Shown here: positions 44,220 to 54,141 of the stretch, piece by piece
Numbering within the stretch: the stretch's first letter is position 1
Layout: each line of letters begins with the position of its first letter
NCBI GenBank assembly: GCA_036918135.1
Contig: JBALDB010000029.1
Coordinates: 1-64,000, forward strand
DNA from: Nostoc sp.
GTDB lineage: Bacteria > Cyanobacteriota > Cyanobacteriia > Cyanobacteriales > Nostocaceae
Reading direction: 5' to 3'
Length of the DNA: 64,000 nt
The notes under the pieces: model-generated
Told to the model about the DNA's origin: nothing
Databases searched by the model: none
The model's input: the letters and a program-made list of their open reading frames with translations, nothing else
Translations under genes and position numbers: made by a program

Positions 44220-46897
44220 AAATTCTGGATAATGAATCTCTACGATTAGAAGTGCTAGCTTCTTTAGCTTGGAATCAACCGCCCCTATGTTGGTTGACTC
44301 CCGAACAACAATCCAGATTGCAAGATGAATCTCAAGCCCGTCAGTATCGTCTAGGAGATAAAATCTGGTCAAGCGATATCGGGGGTTACCAATTCTTGAT
44401 TGTGGCTGGGAAAGTGCGTTTGCGAGATGGCAGAGCAAACCCATCCAACGGTCTATCTCAAGAACGTGTTGGCAAACCTATACCTGCACTAGGTGCAGGG
44501 GATTGGTTTGGTGATTTACAAAAGCTGCCTGGGGATTTTAAAGCTGTAGCTGCTAGTAGAGAAGTGATAGTAGTGTGTTGGGCTACAGCACTATGGGCAG
44601 AATTTTATCACCCACAAATTCACGAGTTTTGGCAAGCATTACCAGTGGAGAGGGAAGTAGAAAAAGAGACATTTTCCTTTTCTTCCACAACAATTGCTCT
44701 ACCCCCAGCTGCGGAGGGTACTCCCCCACTCCAACTGCAAAAAGGACTTCCAGCCGCCAATCTGATTATTCCGAATTATCCTTTTGTTGGCAGTTGGAAT
44801 ACTGCTGCTGCATGTTTAACAATGGTGGCGCAACAATTAGAAAATTCTGTGCAACTAGAATGGGTGCAACGTCAACTCAGAGGACAACGCCCAAAAAATG
44901 TTGTGGAAGCAGCAGAAAAAATGGGTTTAGTGTTGCGGCGCTTACGTGTGAGTTGGGGTGAGTTGCGGCAAATATCATTTCCAGCTTTATTGTTGTGGAA
45001 TTCCGACTTACCCCAGAGTCCCTCTTGGGTAGTAGCCTATGGAGTTAAAGGCGATCGCCTGATTATCGCTAATCCTTTAAATCCGGATCGCGTTTGTGAA
45101 GGTTTACCCCAGTCAGTGGTTGAAGCGTCTTGGGATGGACAACTCTGGCAAGTAGAACTAATATCCCAACAAGAAAAATTTAACCTCAGTTGGTTTACGC
45201 CAGCAGTTTGGAAGTATAAGGGACTGCTGGGCGAAGTATTGTTAGCATCTTTTACCTTGCAGCTTTTAGGGTTAACAACACCCCTGATTACGCAAGTCGT
45301 GATTGATAAAGTGATGGTGCAGGAGAGTTTGCCGACTCTTGATGTCATGGCGCTGGCGCTACTTTTTGTTGCCATATTTGAGTCTATACTCGGCATTCTG
45401 CGCTTATTTATCTTTACTCATACAGCTCGCCGCTTGGATTTGAGTTTATCAGCACAGCTGTTTCGGCATCTGATGCGTTTGCCTTTGGCTTATTTTGAGT
45501 CGCGGCGTGTGGGAGATACAGTAGCACGAGTCCAAGAACTCGAACAAATCCGGCAGTTTCTCACAGGTACAGCATTAACTGTGATTTTAGATAGCATCTT
45601 TGCTGTGGTGTACCTGGCATTGATGTTTTACTATAGTATCCCGCTCACCTTTGTGGCATTAGCTGTATTGCCGCTGTTTGCTACATTGACGATAGTTGCA
45701 ACACCAATTCTGCGTAACTGGCTCAACGAAACTTTTAACCGGAGTGCTGATAGTCAATCGTTTTTAGTCGAGACAGTGACGGGGATTCACTCCGTTAAAG
45801 CTCATGCAGCCGAACCAGTAGCACGCGATCGCTGGGAAGGCTTATTTGCTCGCTTCATCCGCACAGGTTTTAAAGCCTCTACCACCTCCAACATCAGCAG
45901 CAATATTGGTGACTTTCTCACCAATTTTTCCACCTTGCTGATTCTCTGGTTTGGAGCCAAGTTAGTCATCGAACAAAAGCTCACAGTCGGACAGCTTGTT
46001 GCCTTTCAAATGTTGTCCGGTAGAGTTACAGGGCCGCTTTTGCGCTTAGTACAATTGTGGCAAAACCTCCAACAAGTCCTACTTTCGGTAGACCGCATTG
46101 GTGATATTCTCAACGTCTCTCCAGAAGCCGAACAAGGAACTGGGTTAGTTTTACCACCGCTCAAAGGTCAAGTCAGCTTCGAGCAAGTATTTTTCCGCTA
46201 CCGACCGAACTTTGAACCAGTTCTGCGCGGAATATCTTTCAATGCCGAACCAGGGCAATTTGTTGGCATTGTCGGACGCAGCGGTTCTGGTAAAAGTACC
46301 CTTTCTAAACTATTGCAACGCCTCTATCAAATTGAATCAGGACGCATCCTGATTGATGGTTTTGATATTAAAAGTTCCGATTTAGCATCACTGCGGCAAC
46401 AAATTAGTGTAGTTCTCCAAGAAGACTTTTTATTTAACGGTTCTATTTTGGAAAATATCACTCTCGGCAATCCCGACATTACCGCAGAGCAAGTGGTAGA
46501 AGCAGCAAGACTAGCCGTAGCACACGACTTCATCAGTCAATTACCCTACGGTTACGAAACCAATGTCGGCGAACGCGGCACCGCTTTATCTGGTGGACAG
46601 AGACAACGCATTGCCCTAGCAAGGTTATTCCTTTCCCAAGCGCCGATTTTAGTTTTGGATGAAGCTACCAGTGCTTTGGATAGTGAGACCGAACAACAAG
46701 TACTACAAAACCTACAAAGAATTTCTGCTAACCGTACCGTCTTTCTAATTGCTCACCGCTTTGCTCCCCTCAAACGTGCCGATTTAATTTTGGTGTTAGA
46801 GCAAGGCGTAATTGCCGAACGTGGTACTCACTCACAGTTATTGCAACAAAAAGGTTTGTACTGGTCGTTATATCAACGGCAGCAAGCAAATATATAG
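44168..46897 (+). CDS. HlyB-family type I secretion ABC transporter (cNMP-like + C39-like + TM + ATPase)
   Basis: GRSGSGKST, LSGGQRQR, ILVLDEATSALD, IAHR. The C39-like segment NTAAACLTMV lacks the DCG catalytic Cys. Confidence 0.92.
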   Translation: MASRENSKTDSQITSELKILDNESLRLEVLASLAWNQPPLCWLTPEQQSRLQDESQARQYRLGDKIWSSDIGGYQFLIVAGKVRLRDGRANPSNGLSQERVGKPIPALGAGDWFGDLQKLPGDFKAVAASREVIVVCWATALWAEFYHPQIHEFWQALPVEREVEKETFSFSSTTIALPPAAEGTPPLQLQKGLPAANLIIPNYPFVGSWNTAAACLTMVAQQLENSVQLEWVQRQLRGQRPKNVVEAAEKMGLVLRRLRVSWGELRQISFPALLLWNSDLPQSPSWVVAYGVKGDRLIIANPLNPDRVCEGLPQSVVEASWDGQLWQVELISQQEKFNLSWFTPAVWKYKGLLGEVLLASFTLQLLGLTTPLITQVVIDKVMVQESLPTLDVMALALLFVAIFESILGILRLFIFTHTARRLDLSLSAQLFRHLMRLPLAYFESRRVGDTVARVQELEQIRQFLTGTALTVILDSIFAVVYLALMFYYSIPLTFVALAVLPLFATLTIVATPILRNWLNETFNRSADSQSFLVETVTGIHSVKAHAAEPVARDRWEGLFARFIRTGFKASTTSNISSNIGDFLTNFSTLLILWFGAKLVIEQKLTVGQLVAFQMLSGRVTGPLLRLVQLWQNLQQVLLSVDRIGDILNVSPEAEQGTGLVLPPLKGQVSFEQVFFRYRPNFEPVLRGISFNAEPGQFVGIVGRSGSGKSTLSKLLQRLYQIESGRILIDGFDIKSSDLASLRQQISVVLQEDFLFNGSILENITLGNPDITAEQVVEAARLAVAHDFISQLPYGYETNVGERGTALSGGQRQRIALARLFLSQAPILVLDEATSALDSETEQQVLQNLQRISANRTVFLIAHRFAPLKRADLILVLEQGVIAERGTHSQLLQQKGLYWSLYQRQQANI

Positions 46898-47360
46898 TAT
46901 AGCCGTAGTCACACCCTTTAGGACATAATGACAAGCGTGAAAGCTAGGAATAGTGATAGTTTTACCTCCAGCCTCCTGCTATAGATTAAACTAGTTGAAA
47001 GCTTGTAGCCAGATAAGAATATAAATGCTTGCAGAGTAGCTTAAAGATATTTTTGGCGAATGGAGTTATGCTCTATTCGCCCTTTGAATTTGGTTACAAA
47101 CTTTTTTGTAGCTTGTGGGATGACAAAGCTAAACGCTTTCTACAAGAAGCAAGCTACGCAAAACTTCTCTGTCGGAGTATGCAGACTAGGCTTTAGCTTT
47201 GCTAGTAAAATCTAAAATCTAAAATGGTGTTAGCTGATATAGTGTCAGCCTGGGAAGATAAGAAAGCTCTAAACTGTAGTAAAGAAATGCAATTACACGG
47301 ATATACATTAAAATACATATTTAATTATTTATGTCAAGAATAATTTTGATAAATTAACTC

Positions 47361-48194
47361 ATGAAATTAAATCAAAAACATAGTGATACTTTGGCAGCGT
47401 TACAAGAGTTAATAGAGGTGGTAGCGAAATTGCGATCGCCTGATGGTGGTTGTCCCTGGGATTTGGCACAAACTCCCCAAACGCTGACACCGTATGTCAT
47501 CGAAGAAGCTTATGAAGTAGTAGATGCAATTAAAAGTGGGGATAAGGAAGCGATCGCTGAAGAGTTAGGCGATTTATTATTACAAGTGGTATTGCAAGCC
47601 CAAATTGCCAGCGAATCTGGGCAATTTTCCCTTAAAGAAATCACTCAAGGTATTTCCCAAAAATTGATTCGTCGCCATCCTCATGTGTTTGGTGATGTGT
47701 CAGTCCAAAGTGTGGATGAGGTGCGGCAAAACTGGGAACAAATTAAAGCTGCGGAAAAAGGCGAATCGTCCCCAGAAACTCAAAAACTCAGTACGAAACT
47801 CAGTCGTTACCGACGCACCCTTCCCCCGTTAACAGCAGCAATGAAGATTTCCCAAAAAGCGGCGGCTGTGGGCTTTGAATGGGAAAACATTGATGGAGTT
47901 TGGGACAAATTTCATGAAGAATTAGCAGAATTTCGAGAAGCTTTAGCCAAGGAAACACCAGCACGACAACAAGCAGAATTAGGTGATTTACTATTTGCAG
48001 TGATTCAGCTAGCGCGTTGGCATCAGCTTGACCCCAGTGATGCTTTGCAAGGCACAAATCAGCGATTTGTCCAACGGTTAGAAAAAATGGAGGCAGTTGT
48101 TGACCGTCCCTTAAGTGATTACAGTTTGGATGAGTTAGAAAAATTGTGGCAACGGGCAAAAGCCCAACTTGCCGAAGAAGCTAGTGAGGAGTAG
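47361..48194 (+). CDS. mazG: nucleoside triphosphate pyrophosphohydrolase
   Basis: LRSPDGGCPWD, EEAYEVVDAI, EELGDLLLQ, RRHPHVF, ELGDLLF. Confidence 0.96.
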   Translation: MKLNQKHSDTLAALQELIEVVAKLRSPDGGCPWDLAQTPQTLTPYVIEEAYEVVDAIKSGDKEAIAEELGDLLLQVVLQAQIASESGQFSLKEITQGISQKLIRRHPHVFGDVSVQSVDEVRQNWEQIKAAEKGESSPETQKLSTKLSRYRRTLPPLTAAMKISQKAAAVGFEWENIDGVWDKFHEELAEFREALAKETPARQQAELGDLLFAVIQLARWHQLDPSDALQGTNQRFVQRLEKMEAVVDRPLSDYSLDELEKLWQRAKAQLAEEASEE

Positions 48195-48341
48195 AGTTAG
48201 GAGTTATTTTACCCGTGCCTTCCCTGCTTCCTCATCTTCGTCATCCTTTACTGACTTGAAAAAGGGTATGGGGTGTAGGGTGTAGGTGATATTCCTTTTT
48301 TATGCATGGCGGTGAAACTTGTTTTATCCTGACTACCTTGT

Positions 48342-49541
48342 TCAAAATTCTTTAGGATCGAACCATTTATCATATAACGATTGATAAGTGCCGTTTTCCT
48401 TAAGGCTCAGCAGGGCTTTATTAACTGGTTTGCGGTAGGGACTGTTATTGGGTAGAACGATACCGTAACTTTCTTCGCGCAAAATACTGCCAACAACTTG
48501 TACCTTGCCTTTGCCTTCATTGGCAGCATAAAAGAGAAGTACAGGTGCATCAAATACCACGGCATCAACTTTTTTTGTCATCAGGGCATTGTAAGCTTGC
48601 TCAATTTTGGCGACTTCTAGAACTGAAATATGATGTTTTCGCAGGTATGTGGCTGCTGTGCTACCCGCAGTTGTGGCTACTAGCTTACCGGGTAAATCGT
48701 CAATACTCTTGATATCGCCTTGAAGTTGCTGGACTGTCAATGAGGTAGTAGCGGTAGCTGTAAAGTAGGCAGCAAAAAGCACTCCGATGAACATCCAGAC
48801 AATACCTACTAGACGCCCTACTACTCCCTTAGGCATCTCATCAGCTTGAGTGGCTAATGTGGCAGCTGCCCACCAACAAGCTTTGAAAATCCCAGGAAAG
48901 TATGATTGGGAAACTATCCCTTCTTGATGATGGCGTTCAGATAACCAAATAATGTGAGCTGCAATGGCAATTAACACTAGGGCAATGCCTATTACTTGCA
49001 AGAGGCTAGTGGAAAAAAACAATTGTAAAATATTTGAAAAGGTACTATTCTTGTTCTCTGGGTTTCTGACCAAAATTTGCAGCCCCCCAGCAAAAATTGG
49101 TAACGAAAAGTCAAAATTTTGCTCGCGTTCGGCTGTAATGGAGATAGCTGCAATTCCCAAGTTGGCTTTCTTGCCTCGAATGGCAGCAAGCAGTTCCGGT
49201 ACAGTAGGATATTGAATAAATTTAAACTCTACACCTATTTCGTTAGCGATGCTTTGCCAGAGGTCAATACTGAATCCCGATAGCTCACCTTTATCTGCTA
49301 GCACAAAGGGTGGTATGACGCGTGTAGCTACTAATAACGGTTGTTGAGTTAGTGGTTTTTGGGCTAGTCCTGAAGATGTGATTAACGACAATGCCAAAAT
49401 TGTACCTAGTAACCCTATACAAATATACAGTGCTAAGGAACGCCTAGTTTGGTTTTTGCGGTAATATCTGTGAAAATAGGCAATCAGGCTTTTCCTCCCA
49501 GCCATTATTTGGCGAAATCTAATAGCGATCGCATTTATCAT
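48342..49541 (-). CDS. GluR0-like ligand-gated ion channel (split solute-binding domain around M1-pore-M2)
   Basis: PPFV...GFSIDLW, ISITAERE..FDFS, TM, WWAAATL pore helix, TM, DAPVL, YGIV, YDKWF. Confidence 0.85.
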   Translation of the reverse strand: MINAIAIRFRQIMAGRKSLIAYFHRYYRKNQTRRSLALYICIGLLGTILALSLITSSGLAQKPLTQQPLLVATRVIPPFVLADKGELSGFSIDLWQSIANEIGVEFKFIQYPTVPELLAAIRGKKANLGIAAISITAEREQNFDFSLPIFAGGLQILVRNPENKNSTFSNILQLFFSTSLLQVIGIALVLIAIAAHIIWLSERHHQEGIVSQSYFPGIFKACWWAAATLATQADEMPKGVVGRLVGIVWMFIGVLFAAYFTATATTSLTVQQLQGDIKSIDDLPGKLVATTAGSTAATYLRKHHISVLEVAKIEQAYNALMTKKVDAVVFDAPVLLFYAANEGKGKVQVVGSILREESYGIVLPNNSPYRKPVNKALLSLKENGTYQSLYDKWFDPKEF

Positions 49542-50098
49542 CAGAGTTTTCTTGGGGTTGTGTGCTATGTCTATTTATCATGCTCACCCCATATTAAATA
49601 TCAAGTTGTTCATCCCCAAACACTGTTGTTTTTAGATTTCAGGGAATTAACAACGCTTAAGTTTGACTTCAGTATATAGCTGCAAGCCATATTCACCAAG
49701 TTCGCAAGCAATACCCGATTGCTTGAGTCTACCGAAGGGTGCAAGTCAAATACATCGTAATAGTGAAGACGGTATGGATTGCTTGTGCTAGTTTATCCAC
49801 ATCCGCAGCATTTCCTTGTGGAGACTTCGTAGACGATCCGATCTGAAGTTGGATTAAATATTGCAAATTGGCAATCGCTGATACTGTCTAGCTACTGATT
49901 GTTAATCAGCAGTTAGGTTGACCTAATTTTGACCTGTTGTCCTAGTACTATTGCTGTAACAAGCGGGCCTCGTTAAGCTTTAAAAAAGTTTGCTTAAACT
50001 TGCTTAAATCTTATTATATTTGTTACTATATAACCACTTTCTAAGTTTATTTAGAAAATTTTTTGCTTTGCTTTACAATATATTTAGATTTAAATGTT

Positions 50099-50200
50099 AT
50101 ACCAATTTCAAATAAGAGTGTGACAGCTCTATGGGTAGCGGTCTAGAACTGTATGCCCCTACAAATGATTCATTTGTTGCAAAGGTTTTGCGAATGGTAT
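50099..50200. mobile_element. MITE-like miniature repeat
   Basis: ATACCA...TGGTAT termini with an internal GCCCCTAC REP-like motif. Confidence 0.45.
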
Positions 50201-50374
50201 TACATGCCCATCCGAAAACTAAAATTTCAGATGGAAAATAATAGAAAAAATCTTGATTCAAAAGATTTTTTGAGCGAGCTAGTGTGTTCAATCGATGGCG
50301 AGTTTCAGTTGTTTATAATTTTTCAGCAATGACAAATTTAACTTAATTAAGAATTTCTTGGGGGAATACGCTAG

Positions 50375-52627
50375 ATGTCCGACCCTGCCTTATTTAATAC
50401 CAACTCCTTGAGTCTGTTGCCTATTGAACCTGTTGTCAATTCTCATACAGTTATTTGTAGCGGAATGACAGATTTAGGATTGTTATCTATTTTGACAACA
50501 CCACAATCCCAATCTCTCAATTACGGCTTCGATGTTCATACCATTGACCAAGCACTAAATGCCTTGAGTTTTCAAGATATTTCTGCTGAAACAGACAAAA
50601 CAATAGTAGGAATTGATTCTTTAACTGGACTTCCAGAAGACTATCTTAGCCCTTCGAGTATTAGTAGTTTGAGTACGGAGTCCGTTTCTGATTCTATTAC
50701 TTCAGCAAGTGATATTTCTGTTGCCAGCAGTTTTATAAAAGGACGATGGGCAACAGCACAAGGTGAATTTGGCAATGAGCAAAAATGGCTAACAGGTGAC
50801 TTTAATGGCGATGGGCGAGACGATCTAGCAAAAGTTTTTAATGACTCTGGTCGAGGCAGTATTGATGTTTATCTTTCTAGTGGTAGCGGCTTTAAAATTG
50901 AGCGGTGGGCAACTAAACAAGGTGGATTTTGGAATAATCAAAAATGGGTAGTTGGTGACTTTAATGGCGATGGGCGAGACGATTTAGCAAAAGTCTTCAA
51001 TGAGGCCAATCAAGCCAGTATTGATGTTCATCTTTCTAGTGGTAGTAGCTTTACAATTGGGCGGTGGGCAACTGTACAAGGTGGATTTACCAATGAGCAA
51101 AAATGGGTAGTTGGTGACTTTAATGGCGATGGACGAGATGATTTAGCCAATGTCTTCAATGATGCCAATCAAGCCAGTATTGATGTTCATCTCTCCAGTG
51201 GTAGCAGCTTTACAAATGGGCGGTGGGCAACTGCACAAGGTGGATTTGCCAATGAGCAAAAATGGTTAGCTGGTGATTTCAATGGCGATGGACGAGATGA
51301 TTTAGCCAATGTCTTCAATGATGCTAATCAAGCAAGTATTGATGTTCATCTCTCCAGTGGTAGTAGCTTCACAAATGGGCGGTGGGCAACTGCACAAGGT
51401 GGATTTGCCAATGAGCAAAAATGGTTAGCTGGTGATTTCAATGACGATGGGCGAGATGATTTAGCCAATGTCTTCAATGATGCAAATCAAGCCAGTATTG
51501 ATGTTCATCTCTCCAGTGGTAGCAGCTTCACAAATGGGCGGTGGGCAACTGCACAAGGTGGATTTTGGAATAATCAAAAATGGTTAGCTGGTGACTTTAA
51601 CGGTGATGGGGAAGATGATTTAGCCAATGTCTTCAATGAGACTAATCAAGCCAGTATTGATGTTCATTCTGCCAACAGCTTACCAAATTATAGCTCTATT
51701 GATGGTTATGGCTTAGTCAATGCTTCTGCTGCTGTCGCTAAAGCCATTGGTCAACCTACCTTTTCAGGAATTCCTGATTTAGGTGGTAATAATTGGGGAG
51801 CAGATTTGATCGAAGCTCCAGAAGTCTGGACGAAAGGCTATACGGGTCAAGGAGTTGTTGTTGCTGTATTAGATACTGGCGTTGACCATAACCACCCAGA
51901 TTTAAGTACAAATATCTGGACAAATAGTCGAGAAATTCCTGACAACGGTATCGATGATGATGCTAATGGATACATTGATGATGTCTACGGCTGGAACTTT
52001 ATTGATAACAATAACAATACTTTAGATGTTTATGGTCACGGAACTCATGTGGCTGGTACGATCGCAGGAGTTAACAATGATTTTGGAGTTACAGGCATTG
52101 CTTATAATGCCAAAATCATGCCTGTAAAAGTTTTGGGTGATGATAATCAAGGCACTTATTCTGCTATTACCCAAGGAGTTTACTACGCCGTCAAAAATGG
52201 GGCAAAAGTCATCAACATAAGTATATCTGCAACAGTTGGTGACAGTGGCTTAGAAACAGCTATTCAATACGCTACTAGTCAAGGTGTGATTGTAGTCATG
52301 GCAGCAGCTAATTCAGGAGATTCAACTCCCTTATATCCGGCTTACTACGCTCTCAACTGGGGTTTAGCTGCTGGAGCCGTTGATAGCAATAACAATCTAG
52401 CTGATTTCTCTAACCGAGCAGGGAGTGATTCCAATATGGCTTATGTAACAGCACCAGGGGTTAGCGTTTACTCTACGCTACCGAATGCAACCTACGGCTA
52501 CTACAATGGCACTTCTATGGCTGCTCCCCATGTAGCAGGAGTAGCAGCTTTAATGCTTAGTGCCAATAGCAGTTTAACTGCTAGTCAAGTGCGGGAAATT
52601 ATCACTCAAACTGCGGTTAACGTTTAG
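50375..52627 (+). CDS. S8 subtilase with six FG-GAP/VCBS-like repeats
   Basis: Catalytic VAVLDTG, HGTHVAG, GTSMAAPHVAG; six GDFNGDGRDDLA repeats. Confidence 0.93.
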   Translation: MSDPALFNTNSLSLLPIEPVVNSHTVICSGMTDLGLLSILTTPQSQSLNYGFDVHTIDQALNALSFQDISAETDKTIVGIDSLTGLPEDYLSPSSISSLSTESVSDSITSASDISVASSFIKGRWATAQGEFGNEQKWLTGDFNGDGRDDLAKVFNDSGRGSIDVYLSSGSGFKIERWATKQGGFWNNQKWVVGDFNGDGRDDLAKVFNEANQASIDVHLSSGSSFTIGRWATVQGGFTNEQKWVVGDFNGDGRDDLANVFNDANQASIDVHLSSGSSFTNGRWATAQGGFANEQKWLAGDFNGDGRDDLANVFNDANQASIDVHLSSGSSFTNGRWATAQGGFANEQKWLAGDFNDDGRDDLANVFNDANQASIDVHLSSGSSFTNGRWATAQGGFWNNQKWLAGDFNGDGEDDLANVFNETNQASIDVHSANSLPNYSSIDGYGLVNASAAVAKAIGQPTFSGIPDLGGNNWGADLIEAPEVWTKGYTGQGVVVAVLDTGVDHNHPDLSTNIWTNSREIPDNGIDDDANGYIDDVYGWNFIDNNNNTLDVYGHGTHVAGTIAGVNNDFGVTGIAYNAKIMPVKVLGDDNQGTYSAITQGVYYAVKNGAKVINISISATVGDSGLETAIQYATSQGVIVVMAAANSGDSTPLYPAYYALNWGLAAGAVDSNNNLADFSNRAGSDSNMAYVTAPGVSVYSTLPNATYGYYNGTSMAAPHVAGVAALMLSANSSLTASQVREIITQTAVNV
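50741..51670 (+). repeat. six 159-bp (53-aa) intragenic tandem repeats
   Basis: Units start at about 50741, 50900, 51059, 51218, 51377 and 51536. Confidence 0.95.
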
Positions 52628-52775
52628 GGTGACTGGGAGATGAGAAGATGGGGGAGTGTGGGGAGTGTGGAGAGTGTGGGGAGATGGGGGAGCAAGATTT
52701 CTTCCCCATCCTCCCACACCTCCCACACCTGCATTTGTTCCCCATCCTCCTACACTCCCAATACCCAATACCCAT
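52627..52775 (-). repeat. mirror-hairpin dispersed repeat, copy 3 (inverted)
   Basis: Reverse complement reads GGTGTGGGAGGTGTGGGAGGATGGGGAAGAAATCTTGCTCCCCCATCTCCCCACACT... Confidence 0.85.
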
Positions 52776-52814
52776 TGTTGATAGGATGAGGAAAAGGTAA
52801 AGTTCTTTTGTAAT

Positions 52815-54122
52815 ATGACTATTTTCCAAGTTGCTTCTCCCCTAATTACGATCGCAGCACAAACTCGCCAAGCTTCAAGTAAGCTGGCGATTCTCTCGAC
52901 TGAAGCAAAAAATCAAGCAATTGCAGCGATTGCCGAAGCTTTAGAATTAGCTCAAGATGAAATTCTCAAAGCAAATATCGCTGATTGTGAAGCTGCTACT
53001 ACGGCTGGAATTGCCAAACCACTTTATAAGCGCTTGCAGTTAGATGAACATAAATTAAGAGATGCGATCGCTGGGGTACGAGATGTTGGTAAACTAGCCG
53101 ATCCAGTTGGAGAAGTACAGATTCACCGCGAACTCGACACTGGTTTAATTCTCAAGCGGATTACTTGTCCTTTGGGTGTTTTGGGAATTATTTTTGAAGC
53201 CCGTCCAGAAGCAGCAATTCAGATTGTTTCTTTAGCGATTAAATCTGGAAACGGCGTTATCCTTAAGGGTGGCAAGGAAGCTGTACTATCTTGTGAAGCG
53301 ATAGTTAAAGCAATTAAACAAGGATTATCGCATACTGCTGTTAACCCTGATGCCGTACAATTGCTCACAACCAGAGAGCAAACTCTAGAACTTTTAAAGT
53401 TAGATAAATATGTAGATTTAATTATTCCTAGAGGCTCTAATTCTTTTGTCAGGTTTGTGCAAGAAAACACACGCATTCCGGTATTAGGTCACGCCGATGG
53501 AATTTGTCATTTATATATAGATAAAGCTGCTGATATTTCTGTTGCCGTTCCCATTACAGTGGATGCCAAAGCCCAATATCCTGCTGTTTGTAATGCGATT
53601 GAAACTTTACTGGTTCACTCAGCGATTGCTAAAGAATTTTTACCAAAAGCTGCTCAGGCTTTAGCAGAACGCCATGTAGAATTAAGAGGCGATGCAAGTA
53701 CTTTAGAAATTTTACCTCAGATTAAAACTGCAACAGAAATTGACTGGGAAACAGAATACAGCGATTTTATTTTGTCTATTAAGATTGTAGATTCTATAGA
53801 AGATGCGATCGCTCATATTAACGAATATGGTTCTCGCCATACAGATGCGATTATCTCTGAAGATTTAGTGGCAGTAGAAACTTTCTTTGGGCTAGTGAAT
53901 TCAGCCAATATATTCCACAATTGTTCCACCAGATTTGCTGATGGTTTCCGTTATGGTTTCGGTGCAGAAGTCGGAATTAGTACTCAACAAATGCCTCCCC
54001 GCGGCCCTGTTGGCTTAGAAGGATTGGTAACATATAAATATCAAATGACTGGTGATGGTCATATTGTGGCTACGTATACTGGTGCGAATGCAAAACCCTT
54101 TACTCATCGGGATTTAGGATAA
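52815..54122 (+). CDS. proA: gamma-glutamyl phosphate reductase
   Basis: [56 protein letters not shown]. Confidence 0.97.
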   Translation: MTIFQVASPLITIAAQTRQASSKLAILSTEAKNQAIAAIAEALELAQDEILKANIADCEAATTAGIAKPLYKRLQLDEHKLRDAIAGVRDVGKLADPVGEVQIHRELDTGLILKRITCPLGVLGIIFEARPEAAIQIVSLAIKSGNGVILKGGKEAVLSCEAIVKAIKQGLSHTAVNPDAVQLLTTREQTLELLKLDKYVDLIIPRGSNSFVRFVQENTRIPVLGHADGICHLYIDKAADISVAVPITVDAKAQYPAVCNAIETLLVHSAIAKEFLPKAAQALAERHVELRGDASTLEILPQIKTATEIDWETEYSDFILSIKIVDSIEDAIAHINEYGSRHTDAIISEDLVAVETFFGLVNSANIFHNCSTRFADGFRYGFGAEVGISTQQMPPRGPVGLEGLVTYKYQMTGDGHIVATYTGANAKPFTHRDLG

Positions 54123-54141
54123 ACTCCCTAAGTAACTAGCT

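Noticed and set aside
49680..49900. GC-balanced intergenic stretch as a gene relic or riboswitch
   Set aside because: The frames I translated are short and unrecognisable, and I see no riboswitch consensus; cannot be supported without a search.
50741..51670. Regularly spaced repeats as a possible CRISPR array
   Set aside because: 159-bp coding repeats with no unique spacers; they translate as FG-GAP-like units. No cas genes in the window.
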